A stretch of 63,156 nucleotides of DNA, counting the filler, from Reticulomyxa filosa (taxonomy: Eukaryota > Protista > Foraminifera): assembly GCA_000512085.1 (NCBI GenBank). It is 16 parts of 16 records of this genome, joined end to end, with 100 filler letters (N's around TTAATTAATTAA, not from the genome) between each part and the next. Parts side by side here need not be neighbours in the genome. Positions count along the whole stretch, not along the records: positions 1 to 1,000 come from ASPP01049492.1; positions 1,101 to 3,221 come from ASPP01021854.1; positions 3,322 to 4,403 come from ASPP01036456.1; positions 4,504 to 7,674 come from ASPP01028238.1; positions 7,775 to 9,701 come from ASPP01010188.1; positions 9,802 to 16,320 come from ASPP01020750.1; 10 more parts are not named here. One strand, 5' to 3'. The notes under the pieces were generated by a model that saw nothing but the letters and a program-made list of their open reading frames with translations, ran no database searches and was not told where the DNA came from. The position numbers were made by a program, and so were the translations under genes. Positions 1-12,860 of this stretch are shown here, piece after piece (position 1 is the stretch's first letter; each line of letters starts with the position of its first letter).

Positions 1-1000
1 TAGTCACTAACGATATATTTATGCATTACAATGCATTGAAAATATAATATATAAATATTGCTAAAGTCAAGTTCAATCGTGCCAGTAATAACATAAAATT
101 AACACATTCATCATAAGTTGCAAGACGCTCAAGAACATAATACTGAAATATTTATACTAGTGACATGTTATATTGGTTTTTTAATAACAAATTGCCACTA
201 CATCTTGCAATCTTACTTTGATGACTGTATGAAAAATTTAACAATTAGCGTTATTATGCTAATACTTAGTTATGTTTTGAAAATTGTAATATAACTCTTC
301 AACGGCGTATCAACAGTGTGTCGCAGAAATGTTCGTATTGCTGAAAAACTAGTACTAGTTGTATAAATTTGCTAATGCTTGGTTCAAGGTTAGCTATTTG
401 TGATATTAATAGTGTCACCTACCTTTAAAAATATTGCTAACACTCGCTAATTTAATAATATTTTATTTTAGAGTACATTTGATAAAGCTAAGTTTTGAAA
501 TTAAATTTCTCTTGTGGCAACAAATTTACCAAGTACTACGAATTTTTGTTTATTTTCAATGAGATTGTTAATTAAAGTACATTTTATTTTACATCTTATT
601 TTGTTTTATTCAAATTCTTATTTCAGTTTGAATGCTTTTAATTGTAGTGTACACTTTGGTTAATCTTGCTGATCTTATCAATTATACTATTTTTTTTTCA
701 TAACAAATTTGGATTGCTTTGAAAACAATGGCTTTATTATACCTTATTGTAACAAAATAACATTGAATTCAAAATTATATTTTTTTGACTGGTTGAACAG
801 TTTGCATTGCTTATCATTTCTTTTTTCATTTGCAATTTCGATTATTTTCATTTTTGTTACAGCAACTTTTCATTTTGTTGGCTTTTTTGCAATTTATTGT
901 ATTTCACTGTCTTAAAAAAAATAAATGTAAAAGACAAACATTTTAAGAATTTGTAGTTACATCATCCATTGTTTTTTATTGTTTTAATCTCCGTGCAAAT

Positions 1001-1100
1001 NNNNNNNNNNNNNNNNNNNNNNNNNNNNNNNNNNNNNNNNNNNNTTAATTAATTAANNNNNNNNNNNNNNNNNNNNNNNNNNNNNNNNNNNNNNNNNNNN
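1001..1100. other. Artificial contig spacer
   Basis: N44-TTAATTAATTAA-N44, stops in all six frames; identical at 15 positions. Confidence 0.99.
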
Positions 1101-1226
1101 CTCATTTGATGGAACTTGAATTGTGTTATCTGCCGTTCTATCGTTTGATATTTGTGCAACACACTGTCTAAATGATATTCAAGCCATTGCCATTCCAGAT
1201 CATTGTTATTATTATTATTATTATTA

Positions 1227-1260
<34 letters not shown>

Positions 1261-1871
1261 TCCATTGCATATTTCAATCTCCATTTGTCCAAACTCTCTT
1301 TTGACACTTTCAACAATACGTTGTCGTTTTCATCGATATAAACGACCCTCGAATTCCAATTGGGAATTCTTTCCATTATTTCTCGCGGCACTTTCGTTGT
1401 CCTTTCTTGGCCCACTCTCAGCTTCACCTCTTGACGCAGTCCCTCATACGGGTACCAAGGCCAGTCCGCAAAGTGGCTTTGCCACTCTTGTCGCGAGGGA
1501 CCTCTCGGCTGCAACACTCGCTTGTCACGACCTTCACTCTTCCTTTGGCTCTGAGATAACGACAACGACAACGATGGCGTGGCACTCAAACCTCGCTTCG
1601 ATACAAAGTATGCGTCGCCTCTGCATCGCATCGCTGCCTGTCTTCGTGGCCGGCTGCTCGCTTTGCATGCGCTGCGCATCAACACCGTGTCCAGCTCGAG
1701 CTTCATTATGTTTTGCATTTTTTCTGGACCTTTTGATGGATCCAATAGCTGCTGGAACCGCAACAAGTCTTGATTTTTCTTGTTCCTCATATGCTGATAC
1801 CACAAGCAAGAGCCAACCCAATAGTTGAGTACCAAAGCATTGCGACAGCCACGCCACCATAGCACAAGCAT
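1101..1871 (-). CDS. Hypothetical protein, 3'-truncated by contig end
   Basis: GC-richer ORF 1224..1871 running into an (AAT)n tract; no recognisable domain. Confidence 0.35.
1203..1258. repeat. (ATT)n microsatellite
   Basis: Direct reading. Confidence 0.95.
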
Positions 1872-3221
1872 TTATCCTTAAAGATGCCTTGCTCTAATTG
1901 GTCCTTTTGAAGGAGCATTTGAACGTTGTCAACGCAACTCAAACCAACCCCTCATTCCCACGCTGTTACCATCCATCAAAATGCCGATTCATGTATGGTA
2001 CATTTGTGTTTCATTATACGTATTCTGTTAGCTAAACAAAGTCTTACAATTAAGTATGTACTTGAATGATTGTAACATATTCAGATTTAAGGCGATAATG
2101 CAAGTAGAGAAAATGGTCAGTAATGTTGTTGATTGAAAAAAATTTCAAAACAAATAATTAAATATTTCATATATTAAATTTCCAATAAATAAACATTTGC
2201 GTGTCAAAAAACTTTTATCAAGGACACTTTTTTTTACGTACATTTTTACTTATTGGTCTGGATTTGCTTTCATTCTTGTGTATATTCAACAAATATTCTT
2301 CAGTTATATGAAGATACTAGTACAATCACTTTGATTTGAGTTTTATTGAAGCTATATTTAAAGCAACATGTCCGCAAGACGGAACACCAGAAAGCGCAAA
2401 AAATTGCAAACGTAAAATATTGTCTATTAATCAAGTATCAATTTAGCGACTATATATTCGTTTCTTTTTGTAATGAGTGACAACGATCAAATCGACAGCG
2501 GCTATTTCTTTGATCTTTGGTACGATCCAGACAAAAACAAGATTTAAAAATTCTATATCATAATAAAAAAAACAACTGTATAGTAACTACAAAAATAGTT
2601 GTTAGAAATCACGAAAGTGCAAGAAAATATCTTATTATCCAGACAGCAACAAGTTGCTCTTGTGACAGCAAGTGATATCAAATTTTTAAATGAAAACTCG
2701 ATTTTACATTTAGTCGACGAAAGAATTTCATAAAAACGTTGAAGGTAAATATTACACATAATGCAAGTGATAAAATGAGACCAGATTATATATATTCGGA
2801 AATTAGTGTTTAGCACAAAAACAATTTTAATAGAAATGGTAACTAAACATCAGAAAAGATAAAAAATACATTATTGTTTATGAAAACATTGCTAAGTGGA
2901 CGTTGGTATATTATCAAACATATTATTTTGATTAGTTGCACCAGCGAATTAATTGTTAAAAAATTATTCAATATATATAAAATACGCATTTTCAAATCTT
3001 ATTTCTACTAAAGTGTATGAAGATCAAAAGCAGTTTATGCATGACTTAATGATATAGACAAATAACAAGTCAGTTTGATTTGTTTATGACATATTTTATT
3101 TGCTGACAATGATTAGTATATGTTAGAACTCCAAAAGAAGGTCATTTGTAGTCGAAATTGTAATGTGTGTTGTAATTTGTGACAAGAATGAAAAAAATTA
3201 GAAAATAAAAGATAATAACAA

Positions 3222-3321
3222 NNNNNNNNNNNNNNNNNNNNNNNNNNNNNNNNNNNNNNNNNNNNTTAATTAATTAANNNNNNNNNNNNNNNNNNNNNNN
3301 NNNNNNNNNNNNNNNNNNNNN
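3222..3321. other. Artificial contig spacer
   Basis: N44-TTAATTAATTAA-N44. Confidence 0.99.
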
Positions 3322-4403
3322 GAAAGCTGGTCGCATTTTCTGATTCAGTTCGGCAAAGATTATTGATGCTTGCTCGACAGACGCAAGGCACTCGATTCTC
3401 GCAGTGATGGTCTCCTGGATCGACTATGGACTACGGACGGCGTGTTGGATGCGGCGCAACACTTTGTATTCGTGGTATTATCACAGTACCAGAAGGACAA
3501 TGGAGTACAGATCGCCAATTTGTATTTTTTTTTTAGTTGGATTCAAATCGACCGGACTGATCGAAGAAAAGGATGAAACTGAAGACATGAAAGATAAATA
3601 AGAAAATGACGCGGGCGTTATAAGAAACATTCACACATTGCGGTCACTCTCATACGGAACCATTCTCCCGATGTTGTGACTCCAATTTGGTGGATGAGTT
3701 TTCTGAAACTCATCAGAGAACAAGATGATGAAGATGACGATAAAGAAGAAGAAAATTCCAAGGCCATACGATCGTTGAATTTGTTTTTTTTTTTAAAAAA
3801 AAAAAAAGGATAGTTTGCCGCTGTTATTTTGGTTATGGCTCTTTACATACACAAGTAGCGATTTTGCGCATTTTTAACCATGGGACAATTTCATATAGTG
3901 CGCCTCCCAATGAAAGCTATTTGATTGGTGTGACAATGTCAAGCGCAGTGCCAGCCATGATAACGATGACGACGACCACGAAACGCAGTCCATGTTCTCA
4001 TCTATTCATTGTCAATTACTTCAATACATTGGACTGATGTTGTGTGTGTGTGCTAATATTGGATGCTGCTGCTGTTGGTGTGCACGGAAGAGAACTAATG
4101 CTATTGTGTGCCATTTATTACGAAAAAACAGCAACGTCGTGCCAATCGATTGATAATTGAAGCGATAACTCAAAAGTGGATCCATTATTTGGCAAATCAA
4201 ATCAAAATTTTGAATGTTGGCAATGTATTGGTGGCGCTGGGCCATTGATAAGACTGCAAATAAAAAAAAATGATAGCTCTAAGGAAAGAGCCTTTCAATA
4301 ATAATAGCTTCCCCCAAGTCATTTCAACTGTCCAAAATAATGGAATACTTGATGGAGCCATTATTATTGAAACCAACGCGCATTCCAACACAAGAAACTC
4401 AAG

Positions 4404-4503
4404 NNNNNNNNNNNNNNNNNNNNNNNNNNNNNNNNNNNNNNNNNNNNTTAATTAATTAANNNNNNNNNNNNNNNNNNNNNNNNNNNNNNNNNNNNNNNNN
4501 NNN
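4404..4503. other. Artificial contig spacer
   Basis: N44-TTAATTAATTAA-N44. Confidence 0.99.
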
Positions 4504-6188
4504 ATTCAACAGCAGTTTGTCTATCAGTGTCAGTATTGCTGATTTCACACGAATCCCTCTTGTGCCTCTGGCCCTGTCGGACATCCTTTCTTCGGAATAG
4601 TTACTAGTTTTGAAGCTAGTAATTTTTCGGGAATGTCCAGTGGGCTTTCAAATAGTTTATTTATAAATTTTCTGAGTATCTCTGCATCTTCTTTTACTAT
4701 CGACTTCACCACTTCATTCGATATGCAGTCCAAGAATGTTGCTTTATGATTTCCCAGCTGCTTTGCTGCTTGTTCTACTTCAGTTGGCTCTACTGCCTGG
4801 TCATTGTATTTTTGTTCAGCTTACTGTATCTCTTTCATTATACATTTGTATTTGTTTTTTATTCCCAGGTGCGTCTTATCTTCTGCTTCATTCCCTTCGC
4901 TATACAGCATCTCATAATATTTCCTTATCACTTTTTCCTCCTCATGTATTGGAAACCATTCATCATTGTCTTCCTTTCTCATTCTTTTGAATATCTCATG
5001 TTCTTTTCCTTTTGCATGTTCCTGTTTTATTTTATTCATTTCATTTAATACCTCTCACTGTCTGTGTTTCTTCTGTTCCTCTTTATATCGTTCTAATAAT
5101 TGCGTCATCATTTTCATCCAATGTTCGCCTCTTTGGATTTCACTGTCTATCTTGTCTAATATCTCCATTAGTTTTTCTTGTCCCGGGTTCATTCTTACTG
5201 TTGACTATATCTTATTCTTCTTTAGGGTTATCACCTTCTTTTCAATCAATGCATTGTACATTTCTGCCATTAACAGGTCATACCCTTCCTGGTTCGTGCA
5301 TTTTTCGATTTGCAATTTGCCATTTCTTCCAATCTTGTTTACTATTTGCTTTGTTGCTGCTTCGATTTGTCTCTGATCATTATTTACTTTACATGTATAT
5401 GGAACGTGCAGTTTCGTGCTTTTCCTGTTTAGCCCTACCCTCCCTTTGATGGTACATTTGATCGGATAATGGTCTGATGCTACATATTGCTGGAGCACTT
5501 CTATTTTTACTTCTTTTTCCTTCCAGGATGGGTGGTCATTCACTATCGCATAGTCCACAATGGATGATACTTTTGTCACTAGTTTATCAGCGTGGAATGT
5601 CATCTCACCTTTACATTGTTCTATGTTCAATATTCTCATTGCCTTCTGCCTACACCAGTCGATAAGCCTTTTCCCACTCTGGTTGTTCATTGTATCTCCT
5701 GTTTCTTTGTTCCTCGCGTTTAGATCTACCATTATTAGTATCGCGTACTGGAGGTTCTGGAATATTTCCACTACTTCATCCAACTCTTTCTGCGCCCTGT
5801 CAACATGGAGTGCATTTATTCTGTCCATTGGTGGTATGTATACAAATATGACTACTGTCCTTATCTCCTCCATGATAGCCGTTGTCAGGAAGTCAGTTGC
5901 ATATCTGTTTATCTGTACCTGTTGTTCAATGTCCTTCGTGTATAATACGCACATTTCGTTGCTTGGTTTCATCTCACTCGTACTCGCTCGGTAGTAAGAC
6001 GGTTGGTGTACTAATCTCACATTATCAATTTGCCCTATTTTTAATGTCCCTGCAATCTTCGTTTCACAACATCACATTATATCCATCTTTTGTTTGTTCA
6101 GGAATATTCTGAACGGCGAGTATTTGTTTAGCTTGTTCCTGAAATCCCAACGCACATTTACGAATATTATCTTATAGTCCCTTGCCAT
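4504..6188 (-). pseudogene. LINE ORF2 (APE endonuclease plus start of reverse transcriptase), 4 in-frame stops
   Basis: From ATG 6188 in one frame: IIFVNVR, DIM*CCETK, VYIPP, VDLNAR, TF, IVDYAIV, SDHYPI; then KATFLDCISNEVVK...IPEKLLASKLVTIPKKG and, after a frameshift near 4560, RGIRVKS (RT pre-domain). ORFs 5205..6020, 4821..5039 and 4545..4733 share this frame. Confidence 0.88.
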
Positions 6189-7330
6189 TCACATTGGATT
6201 TACCCGTTTTACTTCAATTACCTTCGCCGAGGGTTGCAGGAAGCATAACTCTTGGTTTGTGTTTTCCAGACACAACCCAGTCATGAAATCCACCTTTCTC
6301 TCATTCTCTGCGTCGGATCTGCTTCGCCGCTGGCTTCAATCTGTTGATCTACTTTTTCTACGCTCGTCAGTGGAGGTCTCCTGTTTTTCTGTTCGGTTCC
6401 CGTTTCTTCGATGGTCCTTTTCTTCTCGAATTACTGTCGATTTCCAGGTGTTACTCGTCTCACGATCTCTTCTGTGAATGTGTCTGCTTCTCTGTCGTAA
6501 TGCATCTTGTTCGTCTTACGTTCTATTTTGGTAGTCTTTTTTGAAATCCACTCTTGTTATTCCTGGGATCCTTCCATCCTTCTTTGCTTGTATTAAGGTT
6601 CTCCATATCCTGGTTGCGTCCATTGTGATCTAGTCTCTATTATCACATACTTTCTGTTTCCATGCCTATTTGAATGTAATGTCACTGTGGAGAAGAACTC
6701 CGGAAAATTTACTATTTCTCTGAGCTTCGGAATAAACTGCCCTATTGTTTTCAATCCATTTAGCTCATGTCCAAATAGTATTAGTTTTTTCGTTCTTTCT
6801 CTTGTCGCACTTTCCCATACTGTCTTCATTTCCATCCATGTCCTATTTTCTTGTTTGTTTCCATCTTGCCCAAATGACTTTGAGCTTTCAGTATTGTTTC
6901 TGTGTAAGCTTGATGGGATACTTGGAATACTTACTGTGTTGCTGCTTGAGCTTATGTTTCCGCTTCGTGCACTTCCACTTTTGCTACACATGCTATGGTC
7001 TATTTTCCTGTCTACTCCTGTTATCCTTTCCACTATCTCCTCCGTTTTGTTGTTCACTCCATCTAGTTTTCCTTTTGTCTCTTCTATCCATCCCAGCACG
7101 GTTCCAATCTGTTGGCTAATGTTTTGGTTCTGCTGTCCTATCGTCAATATATCTTGCTGCAGTGCATCTTGTCTCTGTATCACTTCCTTGGTTTGCTCTT
7201 CCATTTGTTGTTTCTGGTTTCCTGCTTCATCGAGCTGTCTTTGCATCTTGTACAATGCTGCATTTGTATCTATTATCTGCATTTGCATATTTTGGATTAG
7301 TTCCATTACCGTGCGCTGTGCAGCCAACAT
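6189..7330 (-). pseudogene. LINE ORF1 (coiled-coil), disrupted
   Basis: Heptad-rich ORF 6593..7330, then a frameshifted basic tail with stops ending at TGA 6191-6189. Confidence 0.7.
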
Positions 7331-7674
7331 CTATGCTTTATTCAGTTGGATATCCACTAATGTTCTTCCTATTTGTTCCACCATATCTTCAATTGTTCGC
7401 TCGCTGCGAGTTCTCACGTTTTGTCACTTGCCACACTGTCCTGTCTATACCTCATTTGCTGATTCGGTTTATCTTTTTCCCCATCAGCTTCCCCCATTAA
7501 TTCTATTCCTTCACTCTCCTTACCATCCTTTCGAAATTTAAACTCCGGTGGTTTTCTTTGTCCTATACTTTGTAACATTACCTTTAGTTTCTTTTAACTA
7601 CATTCACTTAACTTTTCATCCATTTTCCACTTGTCCAATTGCTTGTGTGTCCTTTTCTTCAGTATACGTATCGA

Positions 7675-7774
7675 NNNNNNNNNNNNNNNNNNNNNNNNNN
7701 NNNNNNNNNNNNNNNNNNTTAATTAATTAANNNNNNNNNNNNNNNNNNNNNNNNNNNNNNNNNNNNNNNNNNNN
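7675..7774. other. Artificial contig spacer
   Basis: N44-TTAATTAATTAA-N44. Confidence 0.99.
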
Positions 7775-8670
7775 AAATTGTGAATATGTCATCTCTTTTT
7801 TTTTTTTTTTTTTTTTTTCGTTTGCAATGTCGTAAGAGCTTTGCTCGCAGAAACAATTGCCTTGCCGTTGAAGGCTCAGGAAAAACTGGTCAAAATGTTG
7901 CTTCGATGTTTGAAAAAGTTAGAGTTTATATTTTTTTTTTTTTTTTTTGCAATAAACATATAAACACATATATATAATATATATATATGTATGTGTATAT
8001 GTATATGTATATGTAATCTCGCATGCGCGTCTATCGCTTTTTTAATGGGGTGGCCCAGGTAATGAGAGAATATATTCGTCGAAGAGGCAACCCCCCCAAA
8101 AAACAAAATACTGGTGGCAAAGTCGATTTGCAACAAAAAAATACAAAAAAAGGAGGTTGTTGTAATATCATTTAGAACATTGGTTGGTTTTTTGAAACTC
8201 CTTTTCTTTCGAACAACCAAAAATTTAAACAAATTTTCTTTTTTTCTCTTTATTTTTACTTTTTCCTTCCCCTTTTCTCTCTATCTCCTTTCTCCTCCCT
8301 CCTTCGTCTATCTTCCCACTTCTCTCGTTCTATTCCACTTACCTCATTCCATCCATATCCCTCTGTATACCTTCTAATTCGAGGTCCATCGAACTTCAAG
8401 CTTTTACAAACTAATTAACTTTTTCTGACCAATCCCAACTCTTTTTTTTAAATTTATTTCCTTTATCTATTTTTTAAAAAACTGGAAAACTTGCCACTCT
8501 TGGCGATCCTCTTTTGCACTACTAGGTTCGCTTACATACCTTCAAAATCGTTTCAAACTAAATGGAGTCAAAAAAAAAAATCCCCCTAAAAAAATTTGAA
8601 TGGTATAAATTGAAACATAGAAAAAATTTTTCTATAGTAGTTGGAAAAAAATCAAATTGAAGTACAAGGA

Positions 8671-9489
8671 ATGTCTCTTTCCGCACGTTATCCACTGGAA
8701 TTGTTGTGGTTTTCTCGAACATCGTATCCAGTGACATCGAGCATATGCCTGATGCTTTTCCTAGTGCACGCATCGAAAACGGTGAGATTTATGCTGAAGC
8801 CAGAGACAATGCGATTGAGGGCCCCAACAGAGCTGTCAGTCCGGCGTTTGTGTTGCGACTGTGACCTAAGCGGGATTCCAAAGCGCGTGCACCACCGAGC
8901 GTGTTTAGTGTTGGCATGTTTGACGTTGTTGTTGTACGCATTGTTCACATTGGACGAGGCATTGAGCTATTGGTCGATCTACGTGACGTGCAATTCGATG
9001 AAGTTGAGCGCAATTTTGCTGTACCACGTGGCCAAAGGTTTCACCTATTCCATCTTTTTCATCCGACTCAAAGTGATCTTCGATGACGCTCGCTTGTGGT
9101 CCTTGCACTATGTACGCATCGGAATGATCGCCATGTTCATCATTCTCGTCAGTTACTTTGCTATTCTAACTTTGGACGCTTTGCATTACCGAGGCTATGT
9201 TTCTGTTGTCGATGGCATGCATTTTTGCAAGCCCTCTTGTATGTTATTGATACACATTTACATATGTGTACATATATACATATATACACACATATATATA
9301 TATATATTTATATGTATATGTGCATATGCATATGTAGTTTATATACTTATATATAAATAAATATAAATATATATATATGTATACGTATACATACATTTAT
9401 GGTATATCCTTTTATAGTCTACTATATGGTAGCCAAGTTTTTTGTTTGGATCGTTTTGAGGTGGTTCATATAAGCCATTGAAAAAAAAA

Positions 9490-9527
<38 letters not shown>

Positions 9528-9701
9528 TGAGAAAGTCCCAGCGTGGGGACGTACCTCTTTGTAGCATTTGATTTCACATTTAGTTGCTCCACTTTGGTTC
9601 TTTTCTATAAGCCACTCAATGACATTAGCAAAATGACAGAGCAAAAGCGCAAGTCCGGTGAAAACCGCAATACCGACGACAAAGGGTCTTCCAATATTCG
9701 C
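8671..9701 (+). CDS. Multi-pass GPCR-like (7TM family) membrane protein, 3'-truncated after TM5
   Basis: Five hydrophobic segments across 3 exons; motifs AKGFTYSIFFIRLKVIF and DFTFSCSTLVLFYKPL shared with the genes at 30047 and 50878. Confidence 0.75.
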
Positions 9702-9801
9702 NNNNNNNNNNNNNNNNNNNNNNNNNNNNNNNNNNNNNNNNNNNNTTAATTAATTAANNNNNNNNNNNNNNNNNNNNNNNNNNNNNNNNNNNNNNNNNNN
9801 N
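9702..9801. other. Artificial contig spacer
   Basis: N44-TTAATTAATTAA-N44. Confidence 0.99.
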
Positions 9802-11880
9802 ATTTTTATTCGTATTATCATTTTTATTGCTCACTCTTTGTTTGCTCTTGCTTTTGCTTTACTTTTGCTCTTACTTTTCTTTCGACTACTGCGCTTGTTC
9901 GTGGTAGTTCGAGGTTTTTTGCTGTTGTGCAATTTCGTGTTTTCTTTTGGGTTTCGAAGCATATCCACGGCTAAAAACCCCATTTTTTCATTGTCGCGAA
10001 CGTCTTGACTGAGCTCTTCGTCGACAATTGGCGGTGGTGGCGTGCCTTCGTGCAGTTGTGTCCACTGCGTATTGCTGCCTTTGTTGTCCAAAGAGGGTCT
10101 GTCGTTCCAAATCGAAGCGACTACGGAGTTGTCCTCCGGAATGGACTCAGTGTGCAAGTGTCTGGGCTGTCGCTTGCCTGTGTCTGTCGGATGGCCCGCG
10201 TCAGACACCATTATCGTCCATTTCTCGTCACGCGCTAATTGCCATTCACACATACGTACATATATGTAAATATGTACATGATATATATATATATACATAG
10301 CAATGTCATATATACTACTATCGTATTACACATAAACACAACGTTACTCCTCCCTTATTTATTATTATTTATTTTTTTTTTAAAAATTTAATTGTGTCAT
10401 AATATAAGACATGGCGCAACATTTATGTTCAGAGTTGGGGACAGAGTGTACATCAACATCATCATTATCATTATCATTATCATTATCATTATCATTATCA
10501 TCATCAGCAAAGGTCCGTGGCTGAGATTTGAATTTGAAAGACTGCTCTGGTGCGCTGATATCGTGGTGTGGATCGGACGAATTGACGCTGAATGGGTTTA
10601 GCGACGACTGCAACAAGGAATCGTCGTCTCTTTTGAAGTCGAAGGCAAAAGGCGCCCAGTCCCACTCGCCAGATCGCGGCTGTTCTTTTTCTTTTTCTTT
10701 TTCTTTTTCTTTTTCGCTTGCTTTTTGCCAGCGAACGGCCTTGGCAGGGCTGTGCGTATTGGTTTGCAAGCGATTGTGCGCCGTTTCGGTCGTGAGCTGC
10801 ATTGAGTCGTCTTTTTGGTCCGTCGGACGTCCATTGGCGGTTTGTTTTGGAAACTGGAAATTGGGATCTGCCCAAACCGTTCTCGACTCGTCGTGAGCAA
10901 TTTCGAAGCCACTGTCATCCATTTGATTGCTCCTGCTATCATCACATCTATCGCTTTCTTCGATGGCAATACCTACTGTACGTTGTGATTTTTGTATTTG
11001 CGTTTGTTTCTGTTTCTGTTTCTGTTTCTTCTTTTTTTGTTTTTGTTTCTCTGGTTCTTGCTGTTGTCGTTGTGACGGTGAATTTTCGTTGTATTTCTTT
11101 TTGCTACTTGTGTTGCAAGTTGATGTTGGACTGACGAGATTGGTTTCACGTTTTTGATTGGGTGGGGCAGTTGTCGATCGATTTGACATTGCTTGATAAG
11201 TACTATTGGGACTGTTCCCATTGTTATCTTCATTGGCATTGTTTGGATTATTATCATTACCATTACCATTACCATTGTTATTACCATTGCCATTGCCATT
11301 GCCATTGCCATCACCGTCACTTCGAAGTGATAATTCATTAGCAGGCATACTCCCATGCAAAAATATATACTTCATTTCTTTTGTAAAAATGTCTTCGTTC
11401 TCCATAAAGTGCTTCAATTGTCGCACCGACTTCCCTTGCAAATGCGGGACGGCCATATCTGTGGATGTGATATCATCCACGTCCGAACCTCGGTAATTGC
11501 TCAGCAACAACAGCGCGTCGTGGAAACCTATTATGTTATTGAATCCTTTCCCCACCACGTATTTCATATCCGACACTCGATAAAACTCTTCAAACAATGA
11601 CGGTGATTGGGACTTGTCCTCTTTGTCATTCGATGACACTTCGTTGGTCTCGTGATACGCCACTGTCGGCGCTGGACGCGCGCTGTTGCTACTCGGTCTT
11701 AGTGCCGTTGCGTGATCGCTCGGGCTATTCGCCGTATTTGTTGTTATGTCACTGTGTCGGTTTCTCGTCTCTGATGCCGTCTCTTTCACGTTCACTGAGT
11801 TCTTTGGGGTTATTTGTGGGGAACTACTTGGGCTGGGAGTTGCTGAACGTGAATCTTTTTCTTTGTTTTTTTTAGATACG
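9802..11880 (-). CDS. Low-complexity, probably disordered hypothetical protein (multi-exon, 3'-truncated)
   Basis: 471-aa ORF 10380..11795 with GN, DN, KE and QK repeats; continues after an intron in the 9831..10250 frame. Confidence 0.65.
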
Positions 11881-12860
11881 CCAAATATCTATATTATCAT
11901 TGTGTTTTTTTTTCACGCACTCCTCTTTCATCTGTCGATTTTTTTTTTTAAAGTGTGTAGTGGTCTTGTTTTATTATACCCACAAAAAAAAAAAAAAAAA
12001 AAAAAAAACTCTTTTTGTTAATATATTGCATGCACGCTGCGCAAAAAAAAAAAAAAAAAAAAAAGGACGGACAAAAACAGTAAAGATACTACCAACTTTT
12101 CCATTTGAAGATTTTGATGATTGACTAGAAGTACGATCATCCTCGCTGGAACGCGACAATAATTTCCCAACGAAAAAGGATTTCATCTTCAAACAAATTT
12201 TAAAATGAATGCGCGCCCGACGCTAGTTCAAACCAAAGTTAGAATTATTTAAGATACCCCAGCTTAAAACACAAGGAAGCGATGTCCGAAAAAACAAAAA
12301 AGAAATATCTTCTTCAAGTAATCAATTGTTGTGTTGTTACTGACAAATTCTCTTCGATGTTTTAACAGCTACATGCGCTTGCTTAATTAAATGTATTCTT
12401 TTACTAGTGATTGTACCTAAAACTATACTATTATTCGAAACATGCAGAGCTACAAAAAAACGTAGATAAACATCAAAATTATCAATTTTTGCAGAAAAAC
12501 AAACATTTCATATTTTTTAAATTTTTTTATTCATTTGTTATGATTTTATGATGCATTTATTTCTTTTTGCTGAAAAATTTTTACCTGTAACAACAGCAAA
12601 ATAAAAACCTTTGATGTTTGTAAAAAAATAGCGAAGCAATTATAACTATGGACTACGACATAAGCAGATATTTTTATATTTGTACACTGGCATTAGGTTT
12701 TATTGTTTCCTGCTTTCCACTTTAGATACAATTGTATTTGACAGATTACGGTTTTAAGCAACTTGCATGTGCATGACCTATTTATAGAATTGAGAAAAAA
12801 ACATTGAAGTTTTTCGGAGTTGTTTTTAAAGGTTCCCGAGATCTTCCAAATATTATTGCA

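Larger units (their letters stand above)
4504..7500 (-). mobile_element. Decayed APE-type non-LTR retrotransposon (LINE), truncated in RT by contig end
   Basis: Intronless; coiled-coil ORF1 followed by ORF2 with AP-endonuclease motifs and the start of RT. Confidence 0.9.

Noticed and set aside
1-1000. Possible TPR-gene remnant on the minus strand (YNKAI-like)
   Set aside because: Too degenerate to support
3322-4403. Coding-like composition
   Set aside because: No consistent frame, strand or domain could be established
4504-7500. Stop-codon reassignment to explain in-frame stops in the LINE
   Set aside because: Host genes terminate at TAA (ERGIC1, RRP36), TAG (PARP) and TGA (MTR4, WD40) and show no in-frame stops in conserved exons
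6687-7541. 284-aa plus-strand ORF, and similar ORFs at 4736-5994
   Set aside because: Antisense shadows of the purine-rich LINE ORFs; Phe/Ser/Leu/Cys-rich with no motifs
9255-9400. ORF extensions reading YIYIYI or poly-F/poly-K
   Set aside because: Read-through into (TA)n and homopolymer intron tracts
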